This document shows positions 43,360 through 59,981 of a stretch of DNA of 64,000 nucleotides, one piece after another. Each line of letters begins with the position of its first letter. The stretch's first letter is position 1. Under the pieces are notes generated by a model, which saw only the letters and a list, made by a program, of their open reading frames with translations, was not told where the DNA came from and ran no database searches. The stretch is from NCBI RefSeq assembly GCF_009914755.1, contig NC_060946.1; one strand, given 5' to 3'. The stretch is from the human T2T-CHM13v2.0 reference genome, Homo sapiens. The position numbers were made by a program, and so were the translations under genes.

Positions 43360-44020
43360 TCAGAATTAAAATGGAGCATCGTGAAAGATACACAAACGGA
43401 TGGAATTTAAAACCAACTGCCAGTCAGACACAACTCAAGAAAATGGAAAGACATGTCGTCGAAGTTTCCCGGTGAAGCAGAAGGACAAAAAGACCAAAAA
43501 TGTGAATGAAAAGGGTTAAGAAACTCAAAGGATTGAGGCCCAGGGTGTCCCTGAGTGTCGCAGGAGGAAAAAGAGAAGAGATGGTGAGCAGGTGTTTACT
43601 GGGGAATAGGAGAGGGCTCACAGGATGGCACCTGGGACAGGCATGGGCGCCGCGCCCCGAAAGGTTCCCTGACTCCCTAAACACACACATCTAAACACCT
43701 CCTGCTGAAAATGCAAATCACCAAGTCAACAGCTGCAGAGAAAAGAAGGCCCCCTGCTCAGGGGGAGGGGACTCCACCCAGCAGGCGATTCCTCAGCAGC
43801 CCTGGAAGCTGGAAGACAGTCGGATAAGATCTTCAAAGCCCTGGAAGAAAATAACTGCCGAACTTAAATGGCAAACTCGCAAAAATATTTTTGATAAGGA
43901 GAGAGATAGGAAGGTATTTTCAGAGGAACAAAACCCAGAGTTTGCAATCAGCAGACAATCACTCATGAATTTCAAAGCAGTGTATTTCGGAAAGAAAGAG
44001 AATTCCAGAAGGAAAATGTT
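43360..44020 (+). mobile_element. Ancient L1/HAL1 ORF1-like remnant
   Basis: CAGCAGCCCTGGAAGCTGGAAGACAGT..ATCTTCAAAGCCCTGGAAGAAAATAACT resembles L1 ORF1 consensus. Confidence 0.55.
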
Positions 44021-44759
44021 TTAGCTACTAGCCAGCATTTGCCTTCTTTCAGCTGACAACATGGGCTGAGAGTCAGTGACTTCTTTAGGCAGAACGTCAC
44101 CACGCTGAGGTCACTGCCCCCTTTGCCCGTCCCTGGACATCCCCAAAGCTCACACCCTCCTTGTACCCAAGAGTGATGAATGTCGTCTCAGCAGAGGAGA
44201 TGCCGTCCACTGTCCGTGGCTGGCCAGTCCCCAGCCACCTTGTTCTCTATATGGTGCTCGCCATCCCCAGAGTCAATGCGTGGTGTGTCCAGTGTCTGCC
44301 TCTGGCCACCGGGGCATGGATGTCACCACTCCAGGAATTTTTCCCTGTCCACGGCCGTCCCCCATTGTTGAGGTCAGGGCCTGGTATACTTGAGAGCTTG
44401 GTAAACCTTACTGAGTGAGGGAATTATTTCATTATGTCTTCCAAAGGATTCATGTCAAAATATTCAGATACTAATTCTCAACATGAGAAAACTGAAACCC
44501 GGAAAGGATGTGGCCACTTCCTTAGGACTGAAAAAAATACATGAGGACCCTTGATTTGAACCTACCAGAGTGTGAGCCCCAACAGCCAGCATGGAGCGGA
44601 TGACCCTGGAGTGGAGCCAACTGGAGTCTCAGACCCACGTGGGCAAAATAAAGGAGCTGGAACAGGGGGCCACTGAGATAGAGCAGCCAGGCCCCTCCTG
44701 GGCAGGACCCACACTGGCCCCTACCACCTGCCCTGCCTGAACCACACTCACACCCACCC

Positions 44760-44995
44760 CTCCAGCCCTGCCCAAAACACGCTCACACCTTCCCCTCCAT
44801 CGCCTTCCCCTTCAGCCCTGCCCAAAGCACGCTCACACCTTCCCCTTCAGCCCTACCCAAAGCACGCTCACACCTTCCCCTTCAGCCTTGCCCAAAGCAC
44901 GCTCACACCTTCCCCTTCAGCCCTACCCAAAGCACGCTCACACCCTCCCCTTCAGCCTTGCCCAAAGCACGCTCACACCCTCCCCTTCAGCCTTG
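44760..44995. repeat. 35-bp VNTR
   Basis: GCACGCTCACACCTTCCCCTTCAGCCCTACCCAAA at 44827, 44862, 44897, 44932, 44967 plus a diverged 5' copy. Confidence 0.93.
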
Positions 44996-45149
44996 GCTTC
45001 TCATGGTGCTCTGTTGTTCCCCAGTTGTTCCTTTGTCCAGGCTGCCTCTCCTGACCAAAGCCCTCCCTCTAGGATTGTGCTCACATAGAGCCTCCCCAAA
45101 GCCTTCCATAAACACTTCAGGTCTAAAATAACAGCCACCACCACATGAA

Positions 45150-45360
45150 GAGCTAACGACCATGAGCTTGAATGTGGGCCAGGCATTGTGTTAAGTCCAC
45201 ATCTCCAGTCTAATTTAATTTTCCCAACAGCTCTGGGAAGAAGGTGCTATCATTTCCATGATTTTGCATGGAATCAAAAACACAAAGAATGAAATAACTT
45301 GTGCACAAACCCACAGCTTGTATGTCACAGAGACTGAGTTCAAACCCAGATAGCACCCAT
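45150..45360 (-). mobile_element. MIR
   Basis: GCCAGGCATTGTGTTAAG..AAATAACTTGTGCACAA..GAGTTCAAACCCAG. Confidence 0.65.
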
Positions 45361-45387
45361 GACCCTCAGAGCTGAACGTTGAGATTA

Positions 45388-46572
45388 ATGGGTGGATGGA
45401 TGGAAGCAAGGAAAGATGGATGGATGGATGGATGGATGGATGGATGGATGGATGGATGGATGTGTGGATGGATGTGTGGGTGGGTAAATGGATGGATAGA
45501 TGGATGTGTGGGTGGGTGGATGGATGGATGGATGCGCAGGTGGATGGATGGTGGAAGGATGGAAGGATGGGTGAGTAAATAGATGTGTGGGTGGGCAGAT
45601 GGATAGGTACATGAGTGAATGGATGTGTGAATGGATGGATGATGGTGGGTGGATGGATGGATGAATGGATGGATGGGTGGGTGGTGGATGGAAGGATGGA
45701 TCATGAATGAGTGGGTGGATGATGTGTGGATGGGTGGAGAGATGATGGATGGGTGGTGGATAATCAATGAATGGATGTGTGGATGGGTGTATGGATGATG
45801 GATGGATGGATGGATGCATGGGTAGATGAGTGAGTCGATGGATGGTGGAAGGATGAATAGATGGATCATGAATGGGTGGGTGGATGGATGTGTGGGTAGG
45901 TAGAGGAACAGGTGCCTGTATGGATTGATGATGTGAATGTGTGGATGGGTGGTGGATGGATGGATTGGATGTGTGGATGGGTGGATGGATGGGTGGCTGA
46001 ATGGATGTTGGTGGAAGAATGGATGGCTGGATTGTAGATGAGTGGGTGGATGGGTGTGTGGATGAAAGGATGGGTGCCCTGTGAGACCTGCAGAGAGTAA
46101 ATAGATGTGTGGGTGGGTAGATGGATAGTTGCATGAATGAATGGAGGTGTGGATGGGCAGATGGATGATGGGTGGGTGCCTGAATGTATGTATGACGTGG
46201 ATGTGTGGATGGGTGGATGGATGGGTGGATGAATGGATGTGGGTGGAAGAATGGATAGCTGGATTGTAGATGAGTGGGTGGATGGATGTGTAGATGAAAG
46301 GATGGGTGAGTAAATGGATGTGTGGGTGGGTAGATGGATAGTTGCATGAATGAATGGAGGTGTGGATGGGCAGATGGATGATGGGTGGGTGCCTGAATAT
46401 ATGTATGACATGGATGTGTGGATGGGTGGTGGATGGATAAATGGATATGTGAATGAGTGAATGGATGATGGATGGATGTGTGAGTGGAAGGATGGATGGA
46501 TGGAGCATGGATGGGTGGGTCAATGGATGTGTGGGTGGGTAGATGGATGGGTGGATGGATGAATGGATGATG
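45388..46572. repeat. Complex (TGGA)n/(TGGG)n array with an internal ~213-bp higher-order duplication
   Basis: GGAT-based array; block GTGGAAGAATGGAT..GGATTGTAGATGAGTGGG recurs at ~46011 and ~46243. Confidence 0.95.
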
Positions 46573-48419
46573 CTTTTGATTTTATTGGACTGGGCTGATA
46601 ATAAGGCCCTAAAGTCCTCTGGAAGTGATGTTACTCTCTGCAGGTCTCACAGGGCACCTTGACTGTGGTTAGGCCATAGAGTGTGAAGGACATTCAGCCC
46701 CATTGGCATTGCCCATTGAGACCCTCCATGGCCTTCCCAGTACTGTGCCTCCTCTCCCTTTATCTCATTTTCCTGCTTCCTCTTTGCTTCCATCTCTGAC
46801 ACCTGGTAGCTCCTGCGGCCTTTGTCCTTCCTCCCACAGATCTTCTTGTCTCGCTTCTCATTAAGCACGGCAGTGGACGCTCTGAAGAAGCTTTGGGGCT
46901 GTGCCAATTTGCTCTGTGACAATGTCAAAGAGCTCAAACGCTCCTCTTTAAGCCAGGACTGTCAGTCAGCAGCTGCCTTGTGAGGAGGCAGAGCTCCTCT
47001 GCTGGTAAAGAAGGAGCAGGGAGGGAAGGGCGTCTGTGCAATTAACCTGGACACCGCCGGGACACACACACGCTCTGATCCCCTCCGTGCTCGGTGTTGG
47101 CCCAGTCTCTTGCGGGCTCACCTTCCAGTGGGCGCCTTTGCCCTTGCGTGGCTGGGATGCAGCATGCTCACCAGATGTGTTCACGTGTGCAAATGTGCTT
47201 TTTAAACATCTCCCTTTCTATTGTTCACCAAGCAATTCAACTGCTTTCACATGGAAGAAAGGGAAAGCGACGTCTGAAGGTGCATAATTAGTAACATATA
47301 AAAGAAATAGTAATGAGTGCACATAAGGTGAAAATGCAAATGGAACAGGTGCCTTTGTAGATGAAGGGCTTTGAGTCAACTTCGGGTCCTCTGGGCTTCC
47401 ATTAGCATGCTGGCAGGAGCCAATTATTCAGTAGGTACTTAAGAAATACTCATGGTGAGTTTGTGCATCTTGTACGTGCGTTCCCATTGCCTGTGATGGA
47501 AGCAGCTCTCAGATGTCCAGGGAGATTTTCTACTAAAAAACTTGAGATTTAAAGTTTATGGATAATTGAGAAGATCTACTTTTTGCATATATCTCAGATA
47601 GAGAGCTTGTATTACCAATTCTCTCTCTCTCTGTTCCAAGTCTGGGACAGCTTACGCACCTTAGACAGGGCCACCCACAGGATCTCTCAGCCAAAATCCT
47701 CCACACAAAAGAATCCTAAGGCTTGGAATGGGGAGAAGAGGCCAGGGAGGGAGGTGAGGATGACTCCCAGCCCCCTGCTTAAGAGATGGTTCTGCAGAGA
47801 TAGTCAACAAGGAGGAAGGCCTCCCAGCTGCTGCCCGGGCGGAACAGGGGCAGCTGCCATGCAAGGACTGTGTGACTGACCACTTCTACCCCTGGGCCAC
47901 CTGGTGAGGTCACAGATGGGAAGCCTTTTGGGGAAAGGCCATCAGGGCTACCCTGGGGGCCAAAAATCCCCACTGCCCGCACCAAGTGTAGGCGTTAGCA
48001 CGAGGGCATGCTGTGGAGTCAGTGCAGGGAACACTCCTGTTCAACGTTCAAGTACATTTAGTAACAGAGACCAGGGTCTGCTTTAGCAACCAGATAAGAA
48101 CATTTGGAATTAGTGTCTTAACCGTTCCTGGTTTCCTGAGGATGCCACTTTTGTTATTTCCACTCATCACATCAATTTATATGTGAATCATGAGCCATCG
48201 TATAATTAACACCAAGCGCTAGGCTTTCTGGGGGACACAGGACAGGGCACACCCTGCAAACGCAGAGCTCATGAGGGAGGGGTCATTCACTGTGTTCCCC
48301 CCACCCCACATCTGGCATCCAGTCGCTAAGAGCTTCCGGGGGAGTGGCTAAAAGTGAGTGGTCACGGACGCATTGAGAGTGGCAAGATTCACGTAAGAGG
48401 CACAAGAGGAGGGCAGCGT

Positions 48420-48570
48420 GGCCGCTGAACACCTACTGATTAAGCCCCACTGCCTGCAAGCCACTGTTCTAAGTGGTGGGGACACCACGGGGGAGAAACT
48501 GTGGGAACTCTGTGTCCTCCTGGAATCTAGGTGGGGGGACAGACGGCAGATCAAGTACATAAGAAAAACG
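48420..48570 (-). mobile_element. L2 3' relic
   Basis: CTGAACACCTACT..CCACTGTTCTAAGTGGTGGGGACA..TCTAGGTGGGGGGACAGAC. Confidence 0.5.
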
Positions 48571-49269
48571 CTCATCACGTGAGACAGCCAGCGCTTTATG
48601 CAAAGCGTGAGGCAGGGGAGGGTGGGGAGTTCTGTGTTTGTGTGCATCTGTGTGCACGCACATGCGTGTGAATGTCTGCACACATGTGAGCACGTATACA
48701 TGTGTGCACGTCTGTATACACACATTTGTTTGTGGCACATGTGCACGTCTGTGTGCGTTCACACGGGGTGGCTAAGGAGGGTTGCATGAAGAAGGTGATT
48801 CTTGGCAGAGCCTTGCAGGAAGGGAGGGAGGGATTCACGCGGACACGTGGCGAAGCTCTGCAGAGGGAGAACAGCCAGGCAGCCGAGCAGGTGTCTTAGA
48901 GAGCCAAGTGCTGTCTGGGAGGGGCTGGGAGGGGAAAGGAGACCCCACCAGCAGCACCCAGAGGAGCAGCTTGCAAAGGAGCAGATGTGAATGAGCAGGA
49001 CCTAAAAGAGAAAATTTGACATTCTGTTGAGGAATGTAAAATAAAAATCCACATCTGTCCCGAACAGGAAGACTTGAGGCCATCAGGATCCAACATCCAA
49101 CAATGCGCTGAGCCCAGTCCCTGCTTCAGGTTCTAGGGACACAGATTCTAGGGACACAGGTTCTGGGGACACAGCCAGAGCGGCCAACGCCTCTCCTTCC
49201 CGGAAGTCGTGAGGTGCCTTCCAGACAGCGATGCTTCCTGATTCACTCACACACTCACTAAGACCCCAA

Positions 49270-50800
<1,531 letters not shown>

Positions 50801-51274
50801 GTGTCTTTTGCACACATGTGACTGTAAAGATGTATCTATTTTATATAATAGAGAATAGGTATAAAAACCACTAACAGAGATAGCACTATGCTCTACTAAA
50901 AGCCATCAGTGACGGGGGCACCTTGGCTAAGAAGCCCTGGAGGACATGGCTTGAGGACACAGAACCCTGAGCCCCTCCTCTGAGCCTAGGATCCCCTGCC
51001 CCTCATGCTGTCCTGACCAGACAGCTGCCCGGGTGGAGACAGAGATGGGCAGAGAGGCTGGTGGGCTTCCGTTAACCCTGCAGGACAGGCACAGCCCCGG
51101 AGCTTGGGAACCACCCACGGCTGTGCGTCCCTTAACAAAGGAAAACAGTCTCCCGACCACTGGCCACATCTGCTTGGCCCTTGGTAATCGCCGAGGCCTG
51201 GCCCAGGATGGGGGCCACAGGGCACAAGGCAGAAGGGGGCAGGTGCAGGAGAGTCAGCGTCGTGAGTGCGAGTG

Positions 51275-51812
51275 ATGTGTGTCTGTGTGGCGTGTGTCAG
51301 CAGGGTGTGTAAGTGTCAGTGTTGTTTGCATAAGCCCGCTGGTGTGTGTCCATGTTGTGTGTGTATCAGTGCTGTGTATGTCCACACTGTGTGTGGGTCA
51401 GTGTTGTATGTGTGAGTCCTTGTGTGAGTGTGGTGTGTGTGTTGTGCCTGTGTTGTGTCTCAGTGCTCTGTGTGTTTACGTTGTGTGTGGGTCACTGTTG
51501 TATGTGTGTGTCCCTGTTGTGTGAGTGTGACATGTGTTAGTGTTGTGTCTGTGTTGTGTGTGTCTCAGTGCTGTGTGTGTCCACATTATGTGTGTGAGTC
51601 AGTGTTGCTTGCATGTGTCCCTGTTGTGTGTGATGTGTGTTAGTGTTGTGTGACTGTGGTGTGTGTTAGTATTGTGTGTCTGTATTGCCTGTGTGTCAGC
51701 ATTGTGTGTCCATATTGTGTCTCCATGTTTGGTATGTCTCAGTTTTGTCTGTGTGAGTCTTGTGTGTGTGTATTTGGTGTCTCCATGCTTTGTGACTCAG
51801 TGTTGAGTATGT
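51275..51812. repeat. Degenerate TG-rich repeat
   Basis: GTGT/TTGT-rich low-complexity tract. Confidence 0.88.
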
Positions 51813-54800
51813 GAACCCCCAGCCCCTGCGGGGTGTCCATCCCGCCCTTACAAATGGACGGACCAACCCGGGCGCTGACATCACTCTGCATTTGAGGGAT
51901 GCAGGTGCAGCGTGGGGCACGGGACGACCCTGGCCAGGGCACCTGGTCAGCCCTACACTCCCTGACCCCAGGCTGACTGTCCGCGGTGGGAGAGCACTTG
52001 AACGCTCCTTCCACCCTGGCTTTGTGTGCTCACGTGCCAGCTGTTCAGGACAGGTAACGCCGTGTTTCTGGACGGCATGAAGTTCTTGCCTTTCTGTGAA
52101 ACAGCCCTTCTGGAGGGACGATTTGGAGTCAAGTCAGAGTCCAGGATTCACAGTCAAATGTCAGTTCCCTGAGATGACAATGGCAGGTGGATTTTAGAAT
52201 CACAGACAGTCTGGGAATGGGACGCAGAGGTCAATGAACAGCTGGCCAAGGGTCGTTTCTCTCCAACATCACTGACCAGTCTGACTTGGGCAGGAGCCTC
52301 GTGAGGAGCAGGTGCCGTGTCTCCTGGCCCTGCACCATGAGTTATGCCGTGTGCAGGGGGTTACATTGTCTTTTTGAAATGGCTCCTCCAGCCTCTGGGT
52401 CTGATGCATTGGACCGAGGGCTGCAGATGGATGGCTTCGTTGCCATGTTGGCATCTTCGTCTTGGAGAGCTTCTCTGCCCTCATTGTGGATGTGCACCAG
52501 CCTTCCTCACTGGCCATCCGGTGAAGCCTTGCCCGGCAGTGAGACTTCACACACTGCAGCGTGGGGACCTGCACTTTTCATTTTTCCTCCTTCAACATCA
52601 TGTATCCCATAAACTAGCATTTGTGGATGTTAATACCTGTAATAAATTCCCTCTCTCTATATATACACCTTGCCAGGACACGGTCTGTGTGACGTCTCCC
52701 TGTGTGGCTATGGAAAGATGGAAGGGATTCGAGAGGGAAGAAGGGACAGAGAGAGGGAGGGGAGAGCAGAACCCTATTCTCACTTCTCAGGAGGTGCCAG
52801 CTTCTCAATGTGTCCACCAATGTCTGTATGTGATTTGTGTTCACTTCACAGGAAATGATGCTTTGGGTGACTTCTGATTGAATCAGGATATCATAAGATG
52901 CCTCTATTGAAGAGACAAAAAATAAATATAATCAATTTTCATTAAAATGTGCACTAGATGGTTCTTGAGAACCTATTATGTGCCTGGCAGTGCATAAGGC
53001 TCAGGGGACCCCCTGGAGACAGGAACCCTGCCTCAGGACGCAAGGTGGTTGAGGCACCAGTTTGGGCTCTGCAGGCTGACAGCAGAGTGGAGGTCTGCCC
53101 CACACTTGCAGGTAGCTTGGGACAGGCTGTTAGCCTCTCTAAGCCTTGCCTCTAACACGGCAAGAGCAAGAATATTTGTGGAACAGTTTTGCTGTGATGA
53201 TGCTGTCAGCAATGGTAGCTGTATTTAGCTTTCACCTAATGGTGAAGTGGATTCTTCCCCCCAGTAATCACATTCCAACATAAGCCAGCATCTAAAAGAA
53301 TCCTCACCCCAGTCATCTGTTTTCTGAGCTCTGAGCTTTCTAAGAAGCTCCAGGGCATCTTCCTCCCCTGCGTCCTCCCCTGTGTGGGGGAATCTTGTCC
53401 TGGGTGATGGGAGAAGGCGGGCTCCTTCTCAGGCCTTGGAGGAAGGCACATCCCACTGATAGAATGCCCTTCCGTGCACCTCCAGTCCGAAAATTTTCCA
53501 CTCAAGTCATGGTGCTTCTCAAGAGAACTCAGAGTTTTTGGAAATAGATGGAAGATGCACATTTTGATTGCTGTAGATGAAATTTACTGGTATATGCAGA
53601 TTTCATGGCTAAGTGCCTCTTTTTAAAAAGCTTCCATCCCACAATTCCTTCCCCATTGACGGGCTGTTCCAGATTATCTATTGTAATTAGATTTAGACTT
53701 TCAGCCAACCTTCTGCATCACTTCAGCTATTTCAGAAAAATGAAGGAAGCTTTCCAAATGTTTTCCACAGCGTAACGCTGTGCCCGGGGAATGTCGTGGT
53801 GCTGGGCTCGGAGATCCCTCCTGCTGCTGTTCTATTTCCTTGCGCTCCCAGATAGGGACGCCCCTTCCACAGCCCCGAGTCCAGGGACACCTTCCCCCTG
53901 CCTGGAGCAGGCTGACCCCTCGCCTCCATGCCCACCGCACCCAGCTCATCCTCACTTGTCTCTACAAGGGCAATCCTGTTTTTATTTCAACCCTTCTGAA
54001 TTCTAACCGTGCTACCAAAACAAGGAGGGAGAGGGGAGAGAGGAAGAAAGAAAAAATAACCTCTCTCTAAGTAAATGAGGCTGTTGGGCTTTGGAAACCT
54101 GCCAAGCCCTTTCTATGAGGAGCTGTTATATCAGATTTCTCAGCAAGAAAGAAACAAGAAAATTAGTGTGCGGTTGAATTGGAGACTAAAATTAGCCATC
54201 TTGAAAAACAAATCTCCAATAAATACAACGAGGATTTATGGCTAAAATTACAGGCGGCACAGATGGCATCTGATGGCATTTTATCTCAAGGGGAAAATAT
54301 TCCTTTTACATCAGAGCATCAGCATTATGGGTTCAGGGATGATTGTGTAGGGTCTTGCACCATTTTCAACACACAACAGCAAGTGGCTCGGCTTCATCAG
54401 CTCTTCGGGAGATGTTAGAGGCACAAGGCCAGCGTCCTGAAAGGTCACTTTGGCCAATCCACTGCCTGTGGGCTGATTCTTAGTTCCCCTGGCATAAGCA
54501 GGGAAGGAATCTCTTCTGATTTCGAAGGCCGCTTGTGAAGGAGACCCCACACCGGTGACTCCCCACTCCGTGTTTAGAACCTTCGCCTCCAGGTCAGGGT
54601 TTTATTGGTTTGTTGGTCATCCCTCGTCCACGTCTCCCCCTCTGCATATTCCAAGTGTCCTCCTGGGCCTCCTCGGCTGAGATTTTAGGGTGGAGGAGGC
54701 AGCGACGCAGAAGCACGGCTATCTGACAAACTGGGGGGACACTGGGCCCCAAAGCAGACATTGCCCCGATACGGATTTGGTTCCCTTTAATGACTCTCCG

Positions 54801-56334
54801 GAATAAAATAAAGGTGTAGACTACGGCTCTTCAGAAGAACGAGGCTCGTGTCTCTGGGGTGGTGCCTCCAGGTGGGCGGTGCCGCAGGAGCGTGTGGCGG
54901 CGGCCGAGACCCAGAGGTGTTTGTCGGTGACATGGCCAGAGCTGTCACAGGGAAAGGCAGACACACAGAAGGGGACCCACCAGGTGGACAGCATTGCCGG
55001 AGGCTTCCAGCCTGGAAATCCATCCCCCACACGTGGGTTCCCTCAGCTATGGTGGCCATGTACTATAGGGTAAGGCTCCAGGGAACCCAGACGGGCCTGG
55101 CCTGGGTGACCCCTGAGCCCACAGATGGAGCCCAGGTGGGACAGAGGCTGTGGCCTGGAGAGGTGCAGCCGGTGTATCAGGGACTTTAGAGCCCGGGGTC
55201 CACAGCAGCTCGGCTTTGAGGGGGTTTGTCCTTCAGTCACGCTTCATTCCCCACCACACTCAGGAAGGCCCCAAGAGTGTCCCCGACGCTTCATCGGCTG
55301 GACTTTTTCATGTTGTTTTTCTTGTAGCTCATTAATGCTGCAAATATAGATCACTGAAATAGAGGCTTGGAAGTATTACTTGTTTTGCTTTGTGTCTTGA
55401 AATAATTTTAGATTTACAGAAGAGCTGAAGAGACGCCACAGCGAGCGTCCACATGCCTGTCACCCGCTCCCCCTCTGCTAACGCAGCTCACATTGATGTG
55501 CTTATTAAGTCGTCTGTGGCTCTGAGAAATTCACGGTGATACCATGTGACGAGCTGAATGAAAGGCTTGATTCGGACTTGGGTTTCCCTCAGCGTCCTCC
55601 TTCTGTCCCAGGATATCACACTGCGTGTGGTCACCGGGTCTCCTCACCGCATCCTCCAAACTCTGACAACTGGAGGTGATTATTTTAATAGAAAGACTGA
55701 AAAGTTGGCCAAAAAAGAAAATAAAAAGATGGAGAAATTTTCAATAAAGTAAAAGAATGAGAAATTGTCAAGATTGGATTCTGGTCACGGATTTTATAAA
55801 ACCTTGTACTCTCTAATGCTTTCTCCTGGTGAGACCAACATGGTGGGTTTGGGGGAAGAGCTCCCCGGAGGGGCGGTGGGCTCCGTCTCCCGTCACGCAG
55901 CGGCTGCACGTCACTACACGCGTGCCGGGTGCACCAGCTCTGTCCCTGGCCGGGGTGCTGTCTGCCTCCCCTGCCTGGAGCAGGCTGACCCCCACCCCAC
56001 CCGGCTCATCGCCCAGCTCTCTGCTGCACGGACTGTTTTGCTCCTTCCTGCTCCGTTGTTAGAAGCAAGTCACGAGTCCAACCCACACTCCAGGGGAGGA
56101 GAGTTAGGCCCCACCTCCGGAAGGAAGGGGCATGAGACAGTTTGTGGATATATGGTACAACGGCCAGAGTCACGAGTGCAGGCTTTGGGTGACACACTCT
56201 GAGGCCATGCGAATGCCCTGTTTCTCCTCCAAGGCCCCTGCCCTTCGGGTCATTCCTGCAGCAATTAAGACTGTGGTGTTCTTGGGGTGGTTCTCTCCCT
56301 CCCTCCGTCCTTTTCCTTTTATTATTCAAAATTA

Positions 56335-58480
<2,146 letters not shown>

Positions 58481-58880
58481 TCTAGAATTTAATTTTGACC
58501 TGGTCTGAAGGAACGAGTTCTGTTTCTTTTTCAAGAGTTCACCAATTCTCCAAAACCCATTCTCCAGCCAGCCTCCCCTTCACACCCCTCACCGAGGGAC
58601 TCAGCGGGTGCAGGGCGGCTGCCGTGCCCACTGGTCTGTGTATCTGCTTCTGTGCCGCACCTCTGTGTCAACTGACATGAAATCAGTGGATTACATTATT
58701 TCATTATGTAAGAAATCAAACTAAATCATTGGTTTTCCTTTTTTCTAACTGCCATGTGTATGGGAAAGAGAGAAGGGATGACCCTTTACATCTGGCTTAA
58801 ACAAAGCAAGCTCCTAAGTCTGTCTATCGTCAGAAGACAAACAGGAGCTTAAGGGCCACTGCCAGGGCATACATATTTTA

Positions 58881-59316
58881 TATATAGATATATAGATACT
58901 TTAAGTTCTAGGGTACATGTACACAACATGCAGGTTTGTTACATATGTATACATGTGCCATGTTGGTTTGCTGCACCCATTAACTCATCATTTACATTAG
59001 GTATTTCTCCTAATGTTATCCCTCCCCCAGCCCCGCACCCCACGACAGGCCCCGGTGTGTGATGTTCCCCTTCCTGTGTCCAAGTGTTCTCATTGTTCAA
59101 TTCCCACCTATGAGTGAGAACACGCAGTGTTTGCTTTTCTGTCCTTGTGATAGTTTACTGAGAATGATGGTTTCCAGCTTCATCCATGTCCCTGCAAAGG
59201 ACATGAGCTCATCCCTTTTTATGGCTGCATAGTATTCCATGGTGTATATGTGCCACATTTTCTTAATCCAGTCTATCATTGATGGACATTTGGGTTAGTT
59301 CCAAGTCTTTGCTATT
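58881..59316 (-). mobile_element. 5'-truncated L1PA (approx. L1PA5-7) 3' end
   Basis: L1PA 3' UTR plus ORF2 C-terminus (IDWIKKMWHIYTMEYYAAIK); TSD GGCA(T/C)ACATATTTTTA on both sides. Confidence 0.93.
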
Positions 59317-59339
59317 AGGCACACATATTTTTAAGGCAG

Positions 59340-59981
59340 CTGTAGAGGTCGGCCTTTGCCAAGCTCACTTCTCCTTTTCGTGGGCCTTCCTAACTACAGA
59401 GGCCGGGGTGCCAGGAATCGCACATGTGTTCTCTGCACTGGATGTGGCACTCCACCCCTGCTCCTCCGTGTGCTGGGGTGGGTGGGAGTTCTCTGCACCT
59501 GGGCATGACGCTCCCACCTTACTCCGTGTGCTGCGGCAGTGAGAGGTGGAAGGAGCCCCGGCTTCTCCTGGCCAGCATTCTTGCTGTGGCCTCAGCAGTT
59601 CCCATATCAGCCTCTGGCTTTGGGCGTGTCCAGGGCCAGGGCTCGGCCCACCATGTCCTGGCTGGTCTGGGTCTTCCCTGGCGCAGTGAGGGGATGGAGC
59701 TTGCAGCTGTGGTCAGTAGCCTCGCCTCAGAGCCTCTGCTCCCCGAACCAGTGAAGGCAACGTGGCTTCTGCAGCCAGCAAATTCACAAGGGGCTTCCAG
59801 TGTGCCACGCTTCCTGACTGGTGGGCCACTCTGGATTGTTCTGGAAATCACTGGCAGAGGGCTTGGAGCCCCCTCTTCCAGCCCCTGTGCTTTTGTCATC
59901 CTTGGACACTCTGTTTTACGTTCTGTCCCCATGGAAATAACAAGTGGTTTCTGTTGCCTGTGGCTGAATCCTGGCTGATAC
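59340..59981 (+). mobile_element. Possible old ERVL LTR (LTR16/LTR33-like)
   Basis: 3' end GTGGTTTCTGTTGCCTGTGGCTGAATCCTGGCTGATACA is typical of old ERVL LTRs; 5' boundary uncertain. Confidence 0.35.

Noticed and set aside
42639-43475. 278-aa Arg/Pro-rich ORF
   Set aside because: Kept open by the 48-bp VNTR and high GC; no recognisable domain
45366-46523. 385-aa and 320-aa His/Pro/Ile/Ser-rich ORFs
   Set aside because: Translation of the (TCCA)n strand of a simple repeat; no coding signal
49128-49175. 15-bp triplet repeat (also short duplications at ~5412-5454 and ~56868-56933)
   Set aside because: Ordinary slippage duplications with no evident function
59097-59279. ORF matching the L1 ORF2 C-terminus
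   Set aside because: Tail of a ~440-bp truncated L1PA; non-functional
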